DNA of 14,261 nt, from contig NW_021825990.1 of the NCBI RefSeq assembly GCF_006345805.1, positions 1 to 14,261 on the forward strand. The letters run 5' to 3'. This stretch comes from Octopus sinensis. Its lineage: Eukaryota. The number at the start of each line of letters is the position of its first letter. Within the stretch, counting starts at the first letter, position 1. Both the position numbers and the translations under genes were made by a program. The notes beneath the pieces are model-generated. The model saw nothing but the letters and a program-made list of their open reading frames with translations, was not told where the DNA came from and did not search any database. Positions 1 through 9,609 of this stretch are shown here, piece by piece.

Positions 1-152
1 AAAATGCTTAGTAGTATTCGTCTGTCTTTACGTTGAATTCAAATTCTGCCGAGGTCGACTTTGCCTTTCATCCCAGTTGCATACTGGGGTCGATCTAACC
101 AACTGGCTCCGTTCCTTAAAATTTCGGCCCTTGTGCCTAGAATAGAAAAGAA
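1..152 (+). mobile_element. tRNA-derived SINE, family A; 5' end cut off by the window, internal deletion
   Basis: B-box-like ttcaaattc, then gccgaggtcgactttgcctttcatcc, ctggggtcgat and tail cccttgtgcctagaatagaaaagaata; aligns by eye with the reverse complement of 7472-7701. Confidence 0.88.
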
Positions 153-711
153 TATATTTCCTAAAGAATTATCTTTGCATCTTATAAATAAAAAGTACTG
201 TCTTACCCCTAAAAAATAAACGAAAATCATATCACTTTCTTTAAAATCGGAACAACAACAGAAAAAGAAACCCATCTGTTTCCAGAAGTTATTAGGGAAT
301 ATTTTGTAGCATAAATTATTATCACAGGTGCATTTTATATAGAACGCAGGAATGCAGGAAGAAAATTACGTAATACCATTTCCATGTCTATAAAGGAACT
401 TGAGGTTGGTTACGGTGAACAAATCTTCGTTCTTCGTTTCTTTATTTTTAAACGGGCGATAAATGGAAGTGAAGATACATTGGTAATGCTTTAACTTACA
501 AGACAATACTTTATTTTGTTATAATTGATCACTCCAATGTTCTATCGTTAGTAAAACAGGCATTCAAGTTTAAAATGATCAGATTACTATTAATTTAACA
601 TAATAGAATCACCGAGAGGGAAATAACCACGTAATTGCTAATAAGTTACGATTAATCACAAATGGTCGTTCATGAAGTGCAATATTAAGTTTACGAGCAT
701 GTAAATAATGC

Positions 712-712
712 G

Positions 713-765
<53 letters not shown>

Positions 766-958
766 GGTGGTGATGGTGGTGGTGGTAGAGGAGCGGTGAT
801 GTTGTTGGTGGTGGTAGTAGTGGTCGTAGTAGTAGTGGTGGTGGTGATGGTGGTGATGGTAATAGCAGTGTTGTTGTTGTTGTTGGTGGTGGTGGAGGTG
901 ATGGCGATGCTGGTAGTTGTACTCGTAGTAGTAGCAGCGTTGTAGTTGTAGTTGTAGC
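712..958. repeat. Compound trinucleotide microsatellite (GTA)n/(GTG)n/(GTT)n
   Basis: Direct reading; it generates the poly-T/H/Q ORF 691-1053. Confidence 0.95.
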
Positions 959-1224
959 ATCGATGATTTCCAGAAAGAGAACAGTGAAGAAAAAAAAAAT
1001 AATAATAATAAAAATAATTTTCTCGAAAAATTTTGAGAATGACTAATAGTCATTTTTATGCCTCAAAGCCATTTACCATTTTCTTTTATTCCAATTTGTG
1101 TCTTTCATGAAATAAATATAGAGACGTATCACCTTGCTAATGGTAAAGGATAGAAGCGAACACAGTCGACAAAATGAGTGTTCTTTTCTGTTTTTTGGTT
1201 TTGTCATTAACATATATTTATAAA

Positions 1225-1438
1225 TGCAGCGAGCTGGCAGATTCGTTAGCATGCCGGACAAAATGCCATGCGGCATTTCGATCGTCCTATCGTTCTGAGT
1301 TCAAATATTGTGGAGGTCAACTTTGCTTTCATATTTGCAGAATTGATAAAATTAAGTGCCAGTTAAGCAATGGAGTAATTGTAATTGGATTATCCCTTTC
1401 CCCAGAATTGCTGGGCTTGTGCAAAAATTAGAAACCGA
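1225..1438 (+). mobile_element. tRNA-derived SINE, family A, diverged near-full copy
   Basis: Head gcagcgagctggcagattcgttagc (A box), gagttcaaat (B box), body ggaggtcaactttgctttcat, tail gggcttgtgcaaaaattagaaacc. Confidence 0.85.
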
Positions 1439-1455
1439 TATATATTTATACAACA

Positions 1456-1675
1456 AGCAGCATGATGTAAAATCCGTTAGCATGTCGGGGAAAAAACGAT
1501 TTTGCAGCATTTTGATCGTCCTATCGTTCTGCAATCAAGTATAACCGTACCGAGGTCTATTTGGCTTCCATCATTCCAGGCACGATAAAATAAATATCAT
1601 TTGAGCACTGGGGTCGATGTAGTAGGGTAGTTCCCTCACTCAAAATATCAGGCCTTAAGCCTGTAGCAGAAAGGG
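1456..1675 (+). mobile_element. tRNA-derived SINE, family A, diverged copy head-to-tail with the previous one
   Basis: cgttagcatgtcgg, ccgaggtc, gataaaataa, gcactggggtcgatgta and tail tcaggccttaagcctgtagcagaaaggg. Confidence 0.8.
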
Positions 1676-1725
1676 TTGATTTAATACTTATATTTATGTA
1701 AATAAGAAGCACTCAGTAAGATATT

Positions 1726-1945
1726 TACGAGGGCCATATGAAAACTTCACAGGCTGTGCAAATACTCTCATGGAATGTAACGAAATGGGGTTTATTTTCC
1801 ACATAGTCTCTCATGGAGTTCAGACACTTATTTCATTGGTGCTGCAGTGTTTGGATCCCATTAGAGAAGTAGCTTTCATCCTGTTGGTCAAGGGGACCAG
1901 ATGATAATCAGATGGGGCAAAATCAGGAGAATAAGCGGGGTGGTT
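1726..1945 (-). mobile_element. Tc1/mariner fossil, 3' end only, internally deleted; TIR resembles irritans/Hsmar2 type
   Basis: TA + CGAGGG terminus at 1726-1733; minus strand gives HPAYSPDFAPSDYHL (mariner YSPDLAPSDY motif, ~1899-1943) and in another frame FSNGIQTLQHQ*NKCLNSMRDYVE (mariner C-terminus). Confidence 0.85.
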
Positions 1946-2457
1946 ACTGATTAATTTTATATGGTGGTTTTTATACAAAATTTCAGTAAGTTTATATTTA
2001 ACAGTTGTACTTGTTCTTAACTGATATTTGAAATGTTTCGAGACTAAATTTACAATTAGGTTAATCAGCGTATGAAATGTATGGCAAATGAGAGTAAGAG
2101 AAGAAAACTGCTGACTTGATAGGGCTATTCCAAAGCAATAATGGCAAACATGTTCAGGTCCTTCCAAAGTGGGATCCAATTTAGAATACAATTAGAACAC
2201 ACGTTTCGGAACGATCTGAACATATCATTCTTTAAAAACACCGTAATGGCGCCTGTATGTGAGTGTGTATGTGTATGTGAGAGTTCATGAACATTGGGAG
2301 AGGATTTTTTTAATATAATAGTCTTCAATGAAGGGCCTGTCAAACTTTGAAGTACGTCTTTTAGACCGCTAAACACAGTACATTTTAGTTTGACAGGCTA
2401 TAATCCTTTCACAGTGGATCCGACATGCAAAAGACAAGGTTTTATATGTAAACGTAC

Positions 2458-2617
2458 GTACATACATACATACATGCAAGCATAAATACATAATACATGC
2501 ATACATACATACATACATACATACATACATACATACATACATACATACATACATAAATACATACATACATACATACATACATACATACATACATACATAC
2601 ATACATACATACATACA
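2458..2617. repeat. (CATA)n microsatellite
   Basis: Direct reading; source of MYVC ORFs. Confidence 0.95.
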
Positions 2618-3003
2618 TGATGGAAGCACTCCGTCGGTTACAACGACGAGGGTTCCGGTTGATCCGAATCAACGGAACAGCCTGCTCGTGAAATTAACGT
2701 GTAAGTGGCTGAGCACTCCACAGACACGTGTACCCTTAACGTAGTTCTCGGGGATATTCAGCGTGACACAGAGAGTGACAAGGCTGGCCCCTTAAAATAC
2801 AGGTACAACAGAAACAGGAAGTAAGAGTGAGAGAAAGTTGTGGTGAAAGAGTACAGCAGGGATCACCACCATCCCCTGCCGGAGCTTCGTGGAGCTTTAG
2901 GTGTTTTCGCTCAATAAACACTCACAACGCCCGGTCTGGGAATCGAAACCGCGATCCTACGACCGCGAGTCCGCTGCCTAACCACTGGGCCATTGCGCCT
3001 CCA
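2618..3003 (-). mobile_element. tRNA-derived SINE, family C, apparently full-length and young
   Basis: Minus-strand head GGAGGCGCAATGGCCCAGTGGTTAGG (A box) ... GGTTTCGATTCCC (B box); intact CpG-rich body; (CATA)n on both flanks. Confidence 0.9.
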
Positions 3004-3041
3004 CACATACATACATACATACATACATACATACATACTAC

Positions 3042-3226
3042 CGTCATAGATGTTAGCTTTCCTGCTGATGTGAATGTCTCTTTAAAAATCTGTGAAAGGG
3101 GATAACTATGGACAATTGCCTTGAAACCTCCAGCTTTTATGCCCAGATTACAAATTTGTTCCAGCAATTGGTGCACTTGCTTTTGTATGTACATGCGATG
3201 TAAATGCGTATGTAAATGCTGACTGT
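3042..3226 (-). other. Candidate exon, unknown product
   Basis: Unique sequence between microsatellites; acceptor cttatccag| (alternative aag| at 3235), weak donor acg|gtagta; only one open frame (DSQHLHTH...GKLTSMT); no homology recognised. Confidence 0.25.
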
Positions 3227-3432
3227 CTGGATAAGCTTGGATTTTCAGAAAAAGAAATCGAACAATTAACTCGCACGTTAGAAATACAGTTTTAAATGGA
3301 ACAGAAAATATTTTTTCAAAACTTTTCTCAAGTTTAAAATGTGACATTCTTTTTGTTATCCACATTCCAAAGATAGAGCTTTGTATCTTTCTCAGAGGAA
3401 AAAATTAAATAATTAAAAACGGAAGAGAACAA

Positions 3433-3875
3433 ATACATACATACATACATACATACATACATAATACATACATACATACATACATACATACACCTATATA
3501 TATACATACATATACTGCATACATACATACATACATACATACATAATATACTTACAAAACACATACATACATACATACATATATATACATACTACATAAG
3601 CATACATACATACATAATACTTACATACATCATACATACATACATATATATATACATACATACATGCATACATACATACATCATACTAACATATATACAA
3701 ACATACAACATACATACATACATATATATATACATACATACATACATGCATACATACATACATTCATACATACATAATACTTACATACATACATACATAA
3801 TACATACATACATACATACATGCATGCATACAAACATATATATACATACATACATACAAACATACATACATACGC
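3433..3875. repeat. Long imperfect (CATA)n microsatellite
   Basis: Direct reading. Confidence 0.95.
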
Positions 3876-4016
3876 GTGCACGTATTTGTACAAACATATA
3901 TGAAATATTTATATAGGTATGCGTTATAGTCAGGTGGATCTACTACGGTTTACAAGTAGTATTTAGTGGCAAGTAGCCAGGGAGATATAAATATAGCATT
4001 GAGTCTTCATAGAACA

Positions 4017-4195
4017 TAGAGAGAGAAAGAGAGAAGAGAGAGAGAGAGAGAGAAAGAAAGAGAGAGAGAGAAAGAAAGAGAGAAGAGAGATTGATAGACA
4101 GATTAGATAGATAGATAATACATAGATAGATATAAGTGAAAGAGAGTGAAAAAGAAAAAAAGCAAGAAAGAAAGAAGGAAAGAGTGAAGAAGAGA
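4017..4195. repeat. (GA)n/(GAAA)n/(GATA)n purine-rich tract
   Basis: Direct reading. Confidence 0.9.
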
Positions 4196-4252
4196 AATTT
4201 CCTAGGAATTTATAATGTGATCCTAGAGAGTTTCAATGCTAGGCTGGAGAGA

Positions 4253-4468
4253 AAGGAGGATTGACTGACTCGTTTGAGCGTCAGAAGAAATACTTTGTGG
4301 TATTTCTTTACGTGAACGTCTAAGTTCAAGACATGCTGCAATCGACTTGGCTTTCTTCCTCTTGGTGGTCAATAAAAAATAGTACCGGTCAAGTACTGGG
4401 GTCGTGGCAATCGAACGCCACCTTGTCACACTAAAATTGCTGGCCTTGGTTCCGAATTTCGAAATTAT
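4253..4468 (+). mobile_element. tRNA-derived SINE, family A, heavily diverged
   Basis: aagttcaag, atcgacttggctttc, agtaccggtcaagtactggggtcg and tail aaaattgctggccttggttccgaatttcgaaa, as in 1225-1438. Confidence 0.75.
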
Positions 4469-4491
4469 AATTATTGCTAGGGGTTATCAGT

Positions 4492-4670
4492 AGGTAGGAG
4501 TGGGTGTGTGGTAAGTAGCTTGTTTACCAACCACATGGTTCCGGGTTCAGTCCCACTACGTGGCACCTTGGGCAAATGTTTTCTACTATAGCCTTGGGTC
4601 GACCAAAGCCTTGTGTGTGGATTTTGTAGACGGAAACTGAAAGAAGACCGTCGTGTATATATATATATAT

Positions 4671-4718
<48 letters not shown>

Positions 4719-4917
4719 TATGTCTGTTTGTCGCCCCCAACATCACTTGACAACCGATGCTGATGTGTTTACGTCTCCGTAACCTAGTGGTTCGGCAAAA
4801 GAGACCGATAGAATAAGTACTAGGCTTACAAAGAATAAGTCCTGGGGTCGATTTGCTCGACTAAAGGCGATGCTCCAGCATGGCCGCAGTCAAATGATTG
4901 AAATAAGTAAAAGAGTA
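4492..4917 (+). mobile_element. tRNA-derived SINE, family B, with CORE-like motif and internal (TA)n(TG)n; full-length
   Basis: Head gtaggagtgggtgtgtggtaag ... gggttcagtccc (B box); gcaccttgggcaa resembles the CORE-SINE ACCTTGGGCAAGT; collinear with 13630-14092. Confidence 0.92.
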
Positions 4918-4920
4918 GTG

Positions 4921-4950
4921 TCAGGCATTGTGCCTTTAGTAGGAAAGATA
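4921..4950 (+). mobile_element. Isolated 3' tail of SINE family A
   Basis: tcaggcattgtgcctttagtaggaaagata matches the tails at ~124-152 and ~1648-1675. Confidence 0.55.
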
Positions 4951-4960
4951 ATTAATTATC

Positions 4961-5210
4961 AGTAGTAGTAGTAGTAGTAGTTATAGTAGTAGTAATTGTA
5001 CTGGTAGTAGTAGTATTAGTTGTTCTGGTAGTAATGGTAGTGGTAGTAGAAGTAGTAGTAGTTGAAGTAGTAGTAGTGGTAGGGATAGTACTAGTAGTTG
5101 AAGTAGTAGTAGTTGTACTGGTAGTAGTAGTAGTAGTAGTTGTTGTTGTTGTACTGGTAGTAGTAGTAGTATTAATAATTAATGTTGTTCTTATAGTCGG
5201 AGGTATATAC

Positions 5211-5251
<41 letters not shown>
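4961..5251. repeat. (GTA)n imperfect microsatellite followed by (TCA)n
   Basis: Direct reading; source of the poly-T/poly-D and poly-V/poly-S ORFs. Confidence 0.95.
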
Positions 5252-5252
<1 letters not shown>

Positions 5253-5774
5253 CAGTCGTCGTCGCTGCTATGATATATAAATTTCTCTTTGAAACTTTCA
5301 TATTCACTGGATTCTCGCAGTGCTAATACAAAACTGTATATCTTTTTTTTCCACCTACCCACCTTTCTTCTTTATTGCATTGTTGCATTGTATTTTTTTG
5401 CAAACGAAATCGGATGGATACATAATTATTTAATTAAATAGAATATATACGGTTTAGTTAATATAACATAATTCAATTCAACATCTCACTTTGATTACAT
5501 TGTTTTACTATTATTACTTTTCTCATTCTACGGTTTCGAATTACAATAACTGTCCTCTTTATTATCATTGTATCACATCAATAATATACATTATTTCTTC
5601 AGCTAAACCGTCCCCAATGATATATTTAAAAATAATCAATGTGAACAGCTGGGTTTTGTTACGAAAATTGATACACGTTTCATATTAAGTTTATTCGTAT
5701 CATAAATAATTTATTTTTATCTGACCTACAAATGCTTAAAGTAATTTAATCTTTATCGGTTTTGTAAGGCTTAC

Positions 5775-5882
5775 CTAGTGTATGCCTGTCTCTCTCAATA
5801 TCTTCTCCTCCTCCATTGCAAACGGCGAGTGATATTACTTCAGTCAAGCGAATTTCACAAAGGTAACATTTCTAATGCGATT
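5775..5882 (-). other. Candidate exon with strong splice sites
   Basis: Acceptor ttttaattatcttcag|, donor tag|gtaagc; 108 nt closed in all frames; alternative acceptor cattag| at 5871 opens KCYLCEIRLTEVISLAVCNGGGEDIERDRHTL. Confidence 0.4.
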
Positions 5883-6043
5883 CTGAAGATAATTAAAATA
5901 TCGTATATTTGATAAACAGAATCAACTAAATACTATATTACAAAATCACAAAAGCGACGTGAACATAAAACGATGACATAAAGACAGGAACGCTTTGTAC
6001 GCATGCGTGCTTTGATTTGTTCTCAGTTCATTCTATTAAAATC

Positions 6044-6086
6044 ACACACGCGCATACACACACACGCACACACAGACACATACACA
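6044..6086. repeat. (CA)n microsatellite
   Basis: Direct reading. Confidence 0.9.
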
Positions 6087-6091
6087 TAATG

Positions 6092-6610
6092 TATTGGATT
6101 ATCCCATATTAATGCGGGTTTTTTAATACTTTTATTTTTCAGAATCAAGATAAATTCCTTTTTTAATCTAAAATATACTCTCCTTCATTTTCTACAATGT
6201 TTCCTCCATCTATCTGGTAGACTTGCAAGGCGCTTCTTCCAAAATTCACTTGTCTGTGAAGAAAAATACTTCTCCAGTACTGTTCTGCCCTCGTCTACAA
6301 AATTCATTTTTTCCCTTCCATATAATTTTAAAAACTGAAGAATAAATGATAATCTGATGGGGCAATGTCTGTCGAATATGGTGGATGGGCATCGTTTCCC
6401 ATTCAAACTGATCCAGCTTTTGAAATGTCATATTCGCTGCATGTGACCGAGCGTTATCCTGATGGAAGAACAGCTTCTGTTTTGAAACCAAAGAAGGTCG
6501 TTTATCTTCTAGCGCTGACTTAAGCCCCTCAAGCTGGTCGCAGTACATATCCTTTGTTATCGTTTAGTTTGGGTTTAAGGTTCAAAGTGGAGTAAACCTT
6601 TCATATCCTA
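6092..6610 (-). mobile_element. Tc1/mariner fossil, 3' half of a pseudogenised transposase plus right TIR; TIR resembles mellifera type
   Basis: TA + TTGGATTATCCC terminus; minus strand DMKGLLHFE...MYCDQL...FHQDNARSH, frameshift, HPPYSTDIAPSDYHLF ... EFWKKRLASLPDRW ... GEYILD* (stop 6163-6165); several frameshifts. Confidence 0.92.
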
Positions 6611-6672
6611 TCATATATATATTGTTTATATATTATCTAACTGAACGCCACTCATCCATTTCCAAGTAAGTT

Positions 6673-6709
6673 TATATATGTATGTAGTATATGTATATAT
6701 ATATATATA

Positions 6710-6793
<84 letters not shown>

Positions 6794-6848
6794 CATAATA
6801 TATATACATATATATACGTTTTTACATATACATACATACATATATATA
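6673..6848. repeat. (TA)n microsatellite
   Basis: Direct reading. Confidence 0.95.
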
Positions 6849-7168
6849 CCCGGGACAAGTGTTTTCTACCGAAGCCTTTTCAGCGGATTTGGAAGAGGGA
6901 AACTGAAATAAGCTCGTCATATATATATATATATATAATATATATATATAGTGTATATCTATGCGTATGCATTTGTCTCCACTAACACTTGACAGCCACT
7001 GTTGGTCCGTATACGTCCATGTAACTTAGTGGTTCCGCAAAAAGGAAACGATGGGTGAAGTACCAGGCTTATGAAAAATAAGTACTATGGTCAATTTCTT
7101 CGTTCCAACCTGTTAAAAGCCATGCTCCAGAATGGCTGCAAGGCAGTGACTGAGGAAGTGAAAAAAGA
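6849..7168 (+). mobile_element. SINE family B, 5'-truncated and diverged
   Basis: caagtgttttctac, ggaaactgaaa, internal (TA)n, cacttgaca, gtaacttagtggttc, tgctccagaatggctgca; collinear with ~4570-4917. Confidence 0.85.
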
Positions 7169-7222
7169 TTATAGACGTTTATTTTTACGTCGATTTTTAG
7201 ATGAGAAGAAATTAACACTTAC

Positions 7223-7449
7223 CTGAAGATTTACTCAAATACTTTTTGGTAGAGTGTATGTTTGGTAAACGTTTACAAGAGGGCGACACGGACTTCGTAT
7301 CTTGGGCTTGCTAGCCTTAGTCAATTCATTTGACGAAGTGTTGTCAGGTTAGCAGACCGAAATTTAGCTGTCACTATATATTGAATATACGCATATAAAT
7401 AAGCAGAGTTATTTCGAATGTACTCATTGGTATTGAAAGATTGCGGTTC
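7223..7449 (-). other. Candidate exon with consensus splice sites and stop codons in all frames
   Basis: Acceptor tcttacag|G, perfect donor CAG|GTAAGT; 227 nt of unique sequence between two SINEs. Confidence 0.45.
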
Positions 7450-7471
7450 CTGTAAGATCTTCCCATATATA

Positions 7472-7701
7472 TATTTCTTTACTTCCCACAAGGGGCTAAA
7501 CATAGAGGGGACAAACAAGGACAGACAAAGGGATTAAGTCGTTTACATCGACCCCAGTGCGAAACTGGTACTTTATTTATCGACCCCGAAAGGATGAAAG
7601 GTAAAGTCGACCTCGGCGGAATTTGAACTCAGAACGTAACGACAGACGAAATACTGCTAAGCATTTCGCCCGGCGCGCTAACGAGTGTGCCAACGCCGCC
7701 T
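7472..7701 (-). mobile_element. tRNA-derived SINE, family A, young full-length copy with an alternative 3' tail
   Basis: Minus strand GGCGGCGTTGGCAC..CGTTAGCGCGCCGGGCGAAATGCTTAGC..GAGTTCAAATTCCGCCGAGGTCGAC; CpGs largely intact. Confidence 0.92.
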
Positions 7702-7902
7702 TAATAATATAATATAATAATATAATAATCCCCCGCGGGAGGGTTGAAGATAAATCGACCGAAACGAAAAGAGAGAAGCCAAAAAAAGAAGCGTCCTGTT
7801 TTATGTAATGGTAAAAATACCTCCGGTGTGCTTTAGATCATTAAGTTAGATAACATCAATTGTCACAGGGTAATTACTGAGGGCATTACTCACATATACT
7901 GT

Positions 7903-8144
7903 GGAGGCGCATAATTCAGTGGTTAGAGAGTCTGACTCACAATCACGAGCAAGTGAGTTCGATTCCCGTACTGAACTGTGTGTTGTGTTCTTGAGCAAGA
8001 CACTTTATTTCACGTTGCTCCAGTTCACTCGGCTGTACAAATGAGTTGCAACGTCACCGGACTTGGCCAGAAGTGTGCCACGGAAGGGAACTTTCTAGGT
8101 GCAATCCCATGGTCATTAAAGACAGAAGAGGTTCTTTCCGTTAC
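7903..8144 (+). mobile_element. tRNA-derived SINE, family D, with CORE-like central motif
   Basis: GGAGGCGCA..AGTGGTTAG (A box), GAGTTCGATTCCC (B box), then gtgttcttgagcaagacacttt...gctgtacaaatgag as in invertebrate CORE-type SINEs; 3' boundary approximate. Confidence 0.82.
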
Positions 8145-8299
8145 ATATAAGCCAGCGAATACACATCTGAATTCGTCTAACCAAAAGCTATACTGTAGTT
8201 GTTGCCATACACGTCGCACTTCATTTCCAAAAATACATTTCAAAAACATTACCCCGGGTCCTATATGCAAAGCTACGCCTATATTATATGCCTTGAACA
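8145..8299 (-). other. Candidate coding exon, unknown product
   Basis: Acceptor gcttttag|, donor tat|gtaacg; open frame (V)FKAYNIGVALHIGPG...DEFRCVFAGLY with protein-like composition; no homology recognised. Confidence 0.3.
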
Positions 8300-8338
8300 C
8301 TAAAAGCTATTTTCTGTGTATGCGCGGGTGAAATTAGA

Positions 8339-8446
8339 GCGCGTTTAATATGGCGTGTGTTTAACATGGCCGTGCGTCTAACATGAGCATGCGTCTAATA
8401 TGGCCGTGTGTCAAACATAGTTGTGTATCTTACATGGCCATGCGTA
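8339..8446. repeat. 17-bp minisatellite, about 6.5 diverged units, consensus GTGYGTCTAACATGGCC
   Basis: Units start at 8339, 8355, 8372, 8389, 8406, 8423 and 8440. Confidence 0.9.
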
Positions 8447-8626
8447 TACCACAGTCGTGCTCTTTTAATGCCATCGAATACGCTGTCCGCCGAGACTTTC
8501 CCACAACTAATTTAAAATTAGATGGGGTTATGATCTTGTGTCAGCGTAAAATAAATATAAAAGGAAAGAATGAATCAACAATATATGCATACAGATAAAA
8601 TATGTGTATATGAAACTTTGTATTAC

Positions 8627-8705
8627 CACCGGGACACACAGATGTTTCTGTAATGACACTCTTGTTCAGCCAGCCTTGAAAGAAAGTGGATTTTGTGATG
8701 TTTTG
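8627..8705 (-). other. Candidate exon
   Basis: Acceptor acttttacag|, donor gtg|gtaata; open frame QNITKSTFFQGWLNKSVITETSVCPG + 1 nt, phase-compatible with 8145-8299. Confidence 0.3.
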
Positions 8706-8877
8706 CTGTAAAAGTTGGCCATCAGAGGTTGAATACAAATCGACAAATATCGTAAAATACAAAGAAATGAGCGCTTTTATACATAGCCGAAAATATAAAA
8801 AAAAAGGAAGAAAGAAAAAGAAAATTCTGTGATTCCGAGATGGAGAATATAATTTCCAAGTACTCTGCCATGAAGTA

Positions 8878-8988
8878 TATACATATGTGTCTATATATGT
8901 GTTTGCATACATAGATATACATATACATACACACACACACATATATATATATATATATTTACACACATACACACACACACAACACGCA

Positions 8989-9027
<39 letters not shown>

Positions 9028-9130
9028 ATATATATGTATATATATATATATGTATATATATTCATATATATACATATATTTATATAATATATATATATAT
9101 ATTATATATATATAAATATATGTATATATA
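8878..9130. repeat. (TA)n/(CA)n compound microsatellite
   Basis: Direct reading. Confidence 0.95.
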
Positions 9131-9315
9131 ATGAATGAAATACACGTGAATATTTATGTATTTTAAAACGATACATACGTATTGACTCACAAAATACACA
9201 CATATGTGCATATGTGTTGATGTATGTATAAAGAAAGGGAATGTGTGAAAGCGGGAGCAACAGAGATAGAGAGGAAAACATCGTATGTGATCAATATTAT
9301 TTAAAACACGTACTG

Positions 9316-9337
9316 ATTATCATCGTCATCATCATCA

Positions 9338-9382
<45 letters not shown>

Positions 9383-9487
9383 TATCATTATTATTATTAT
9401 TATTACCATTATTAAAGACGACTGAAAATATCAATAACAATAACAATAACAATAATAATAATAATAACAACAACAAGTACAAAATAA

Positions 9488-9543
<56 letters not shown>

Positions 9544-9573
9544 GTAATAGTAATAATGATAATAATAATAATA

Positions 9574-9609
<36 letters not shown>

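Noticed and set aside
691-1053. 120-aa His/Gln/Thr-rich ORF with signal-peptide-like start
   Set aside because: Translation of trinucleotide microsatellites and an A-rich tract; no splice or homology support
2125-2376. 83-aa minus-strand ORF in unique sequence
   Set aside because: No recognisable motif, crosses a CA repeat, poor acceptor context
2930-3003. tRNA gene (also 7903-7975, 4492-4560)
   Set aside because: A and B boxes present but no complete cloverleaf; each continues into a SINE body
4952-5362. Mucin-like poly-D/poly-T ORF
   Set aside because: Explained by (TCA)n and (GTA)n microsatellites, which are common throughout this window
5815-5871. YLCEIRLTEVISLAVC as an insulin B-chain
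   Set aside because: Cys spacing is CX12C rather than CX11C, no Gly after the first Cys, and no A-chain or signal peptide seen
5999-6008. Palindrome ACGCATGCGT as an NRF1 site
   Set aside because: Deviates from GCGCATGCGC; expected by chance in purine-pyrimidine-alternating DNA
8339-8446. CRISPR-like array
   Set aside because: Contiguous units with no spacers, eukaryotic context, no cas genes
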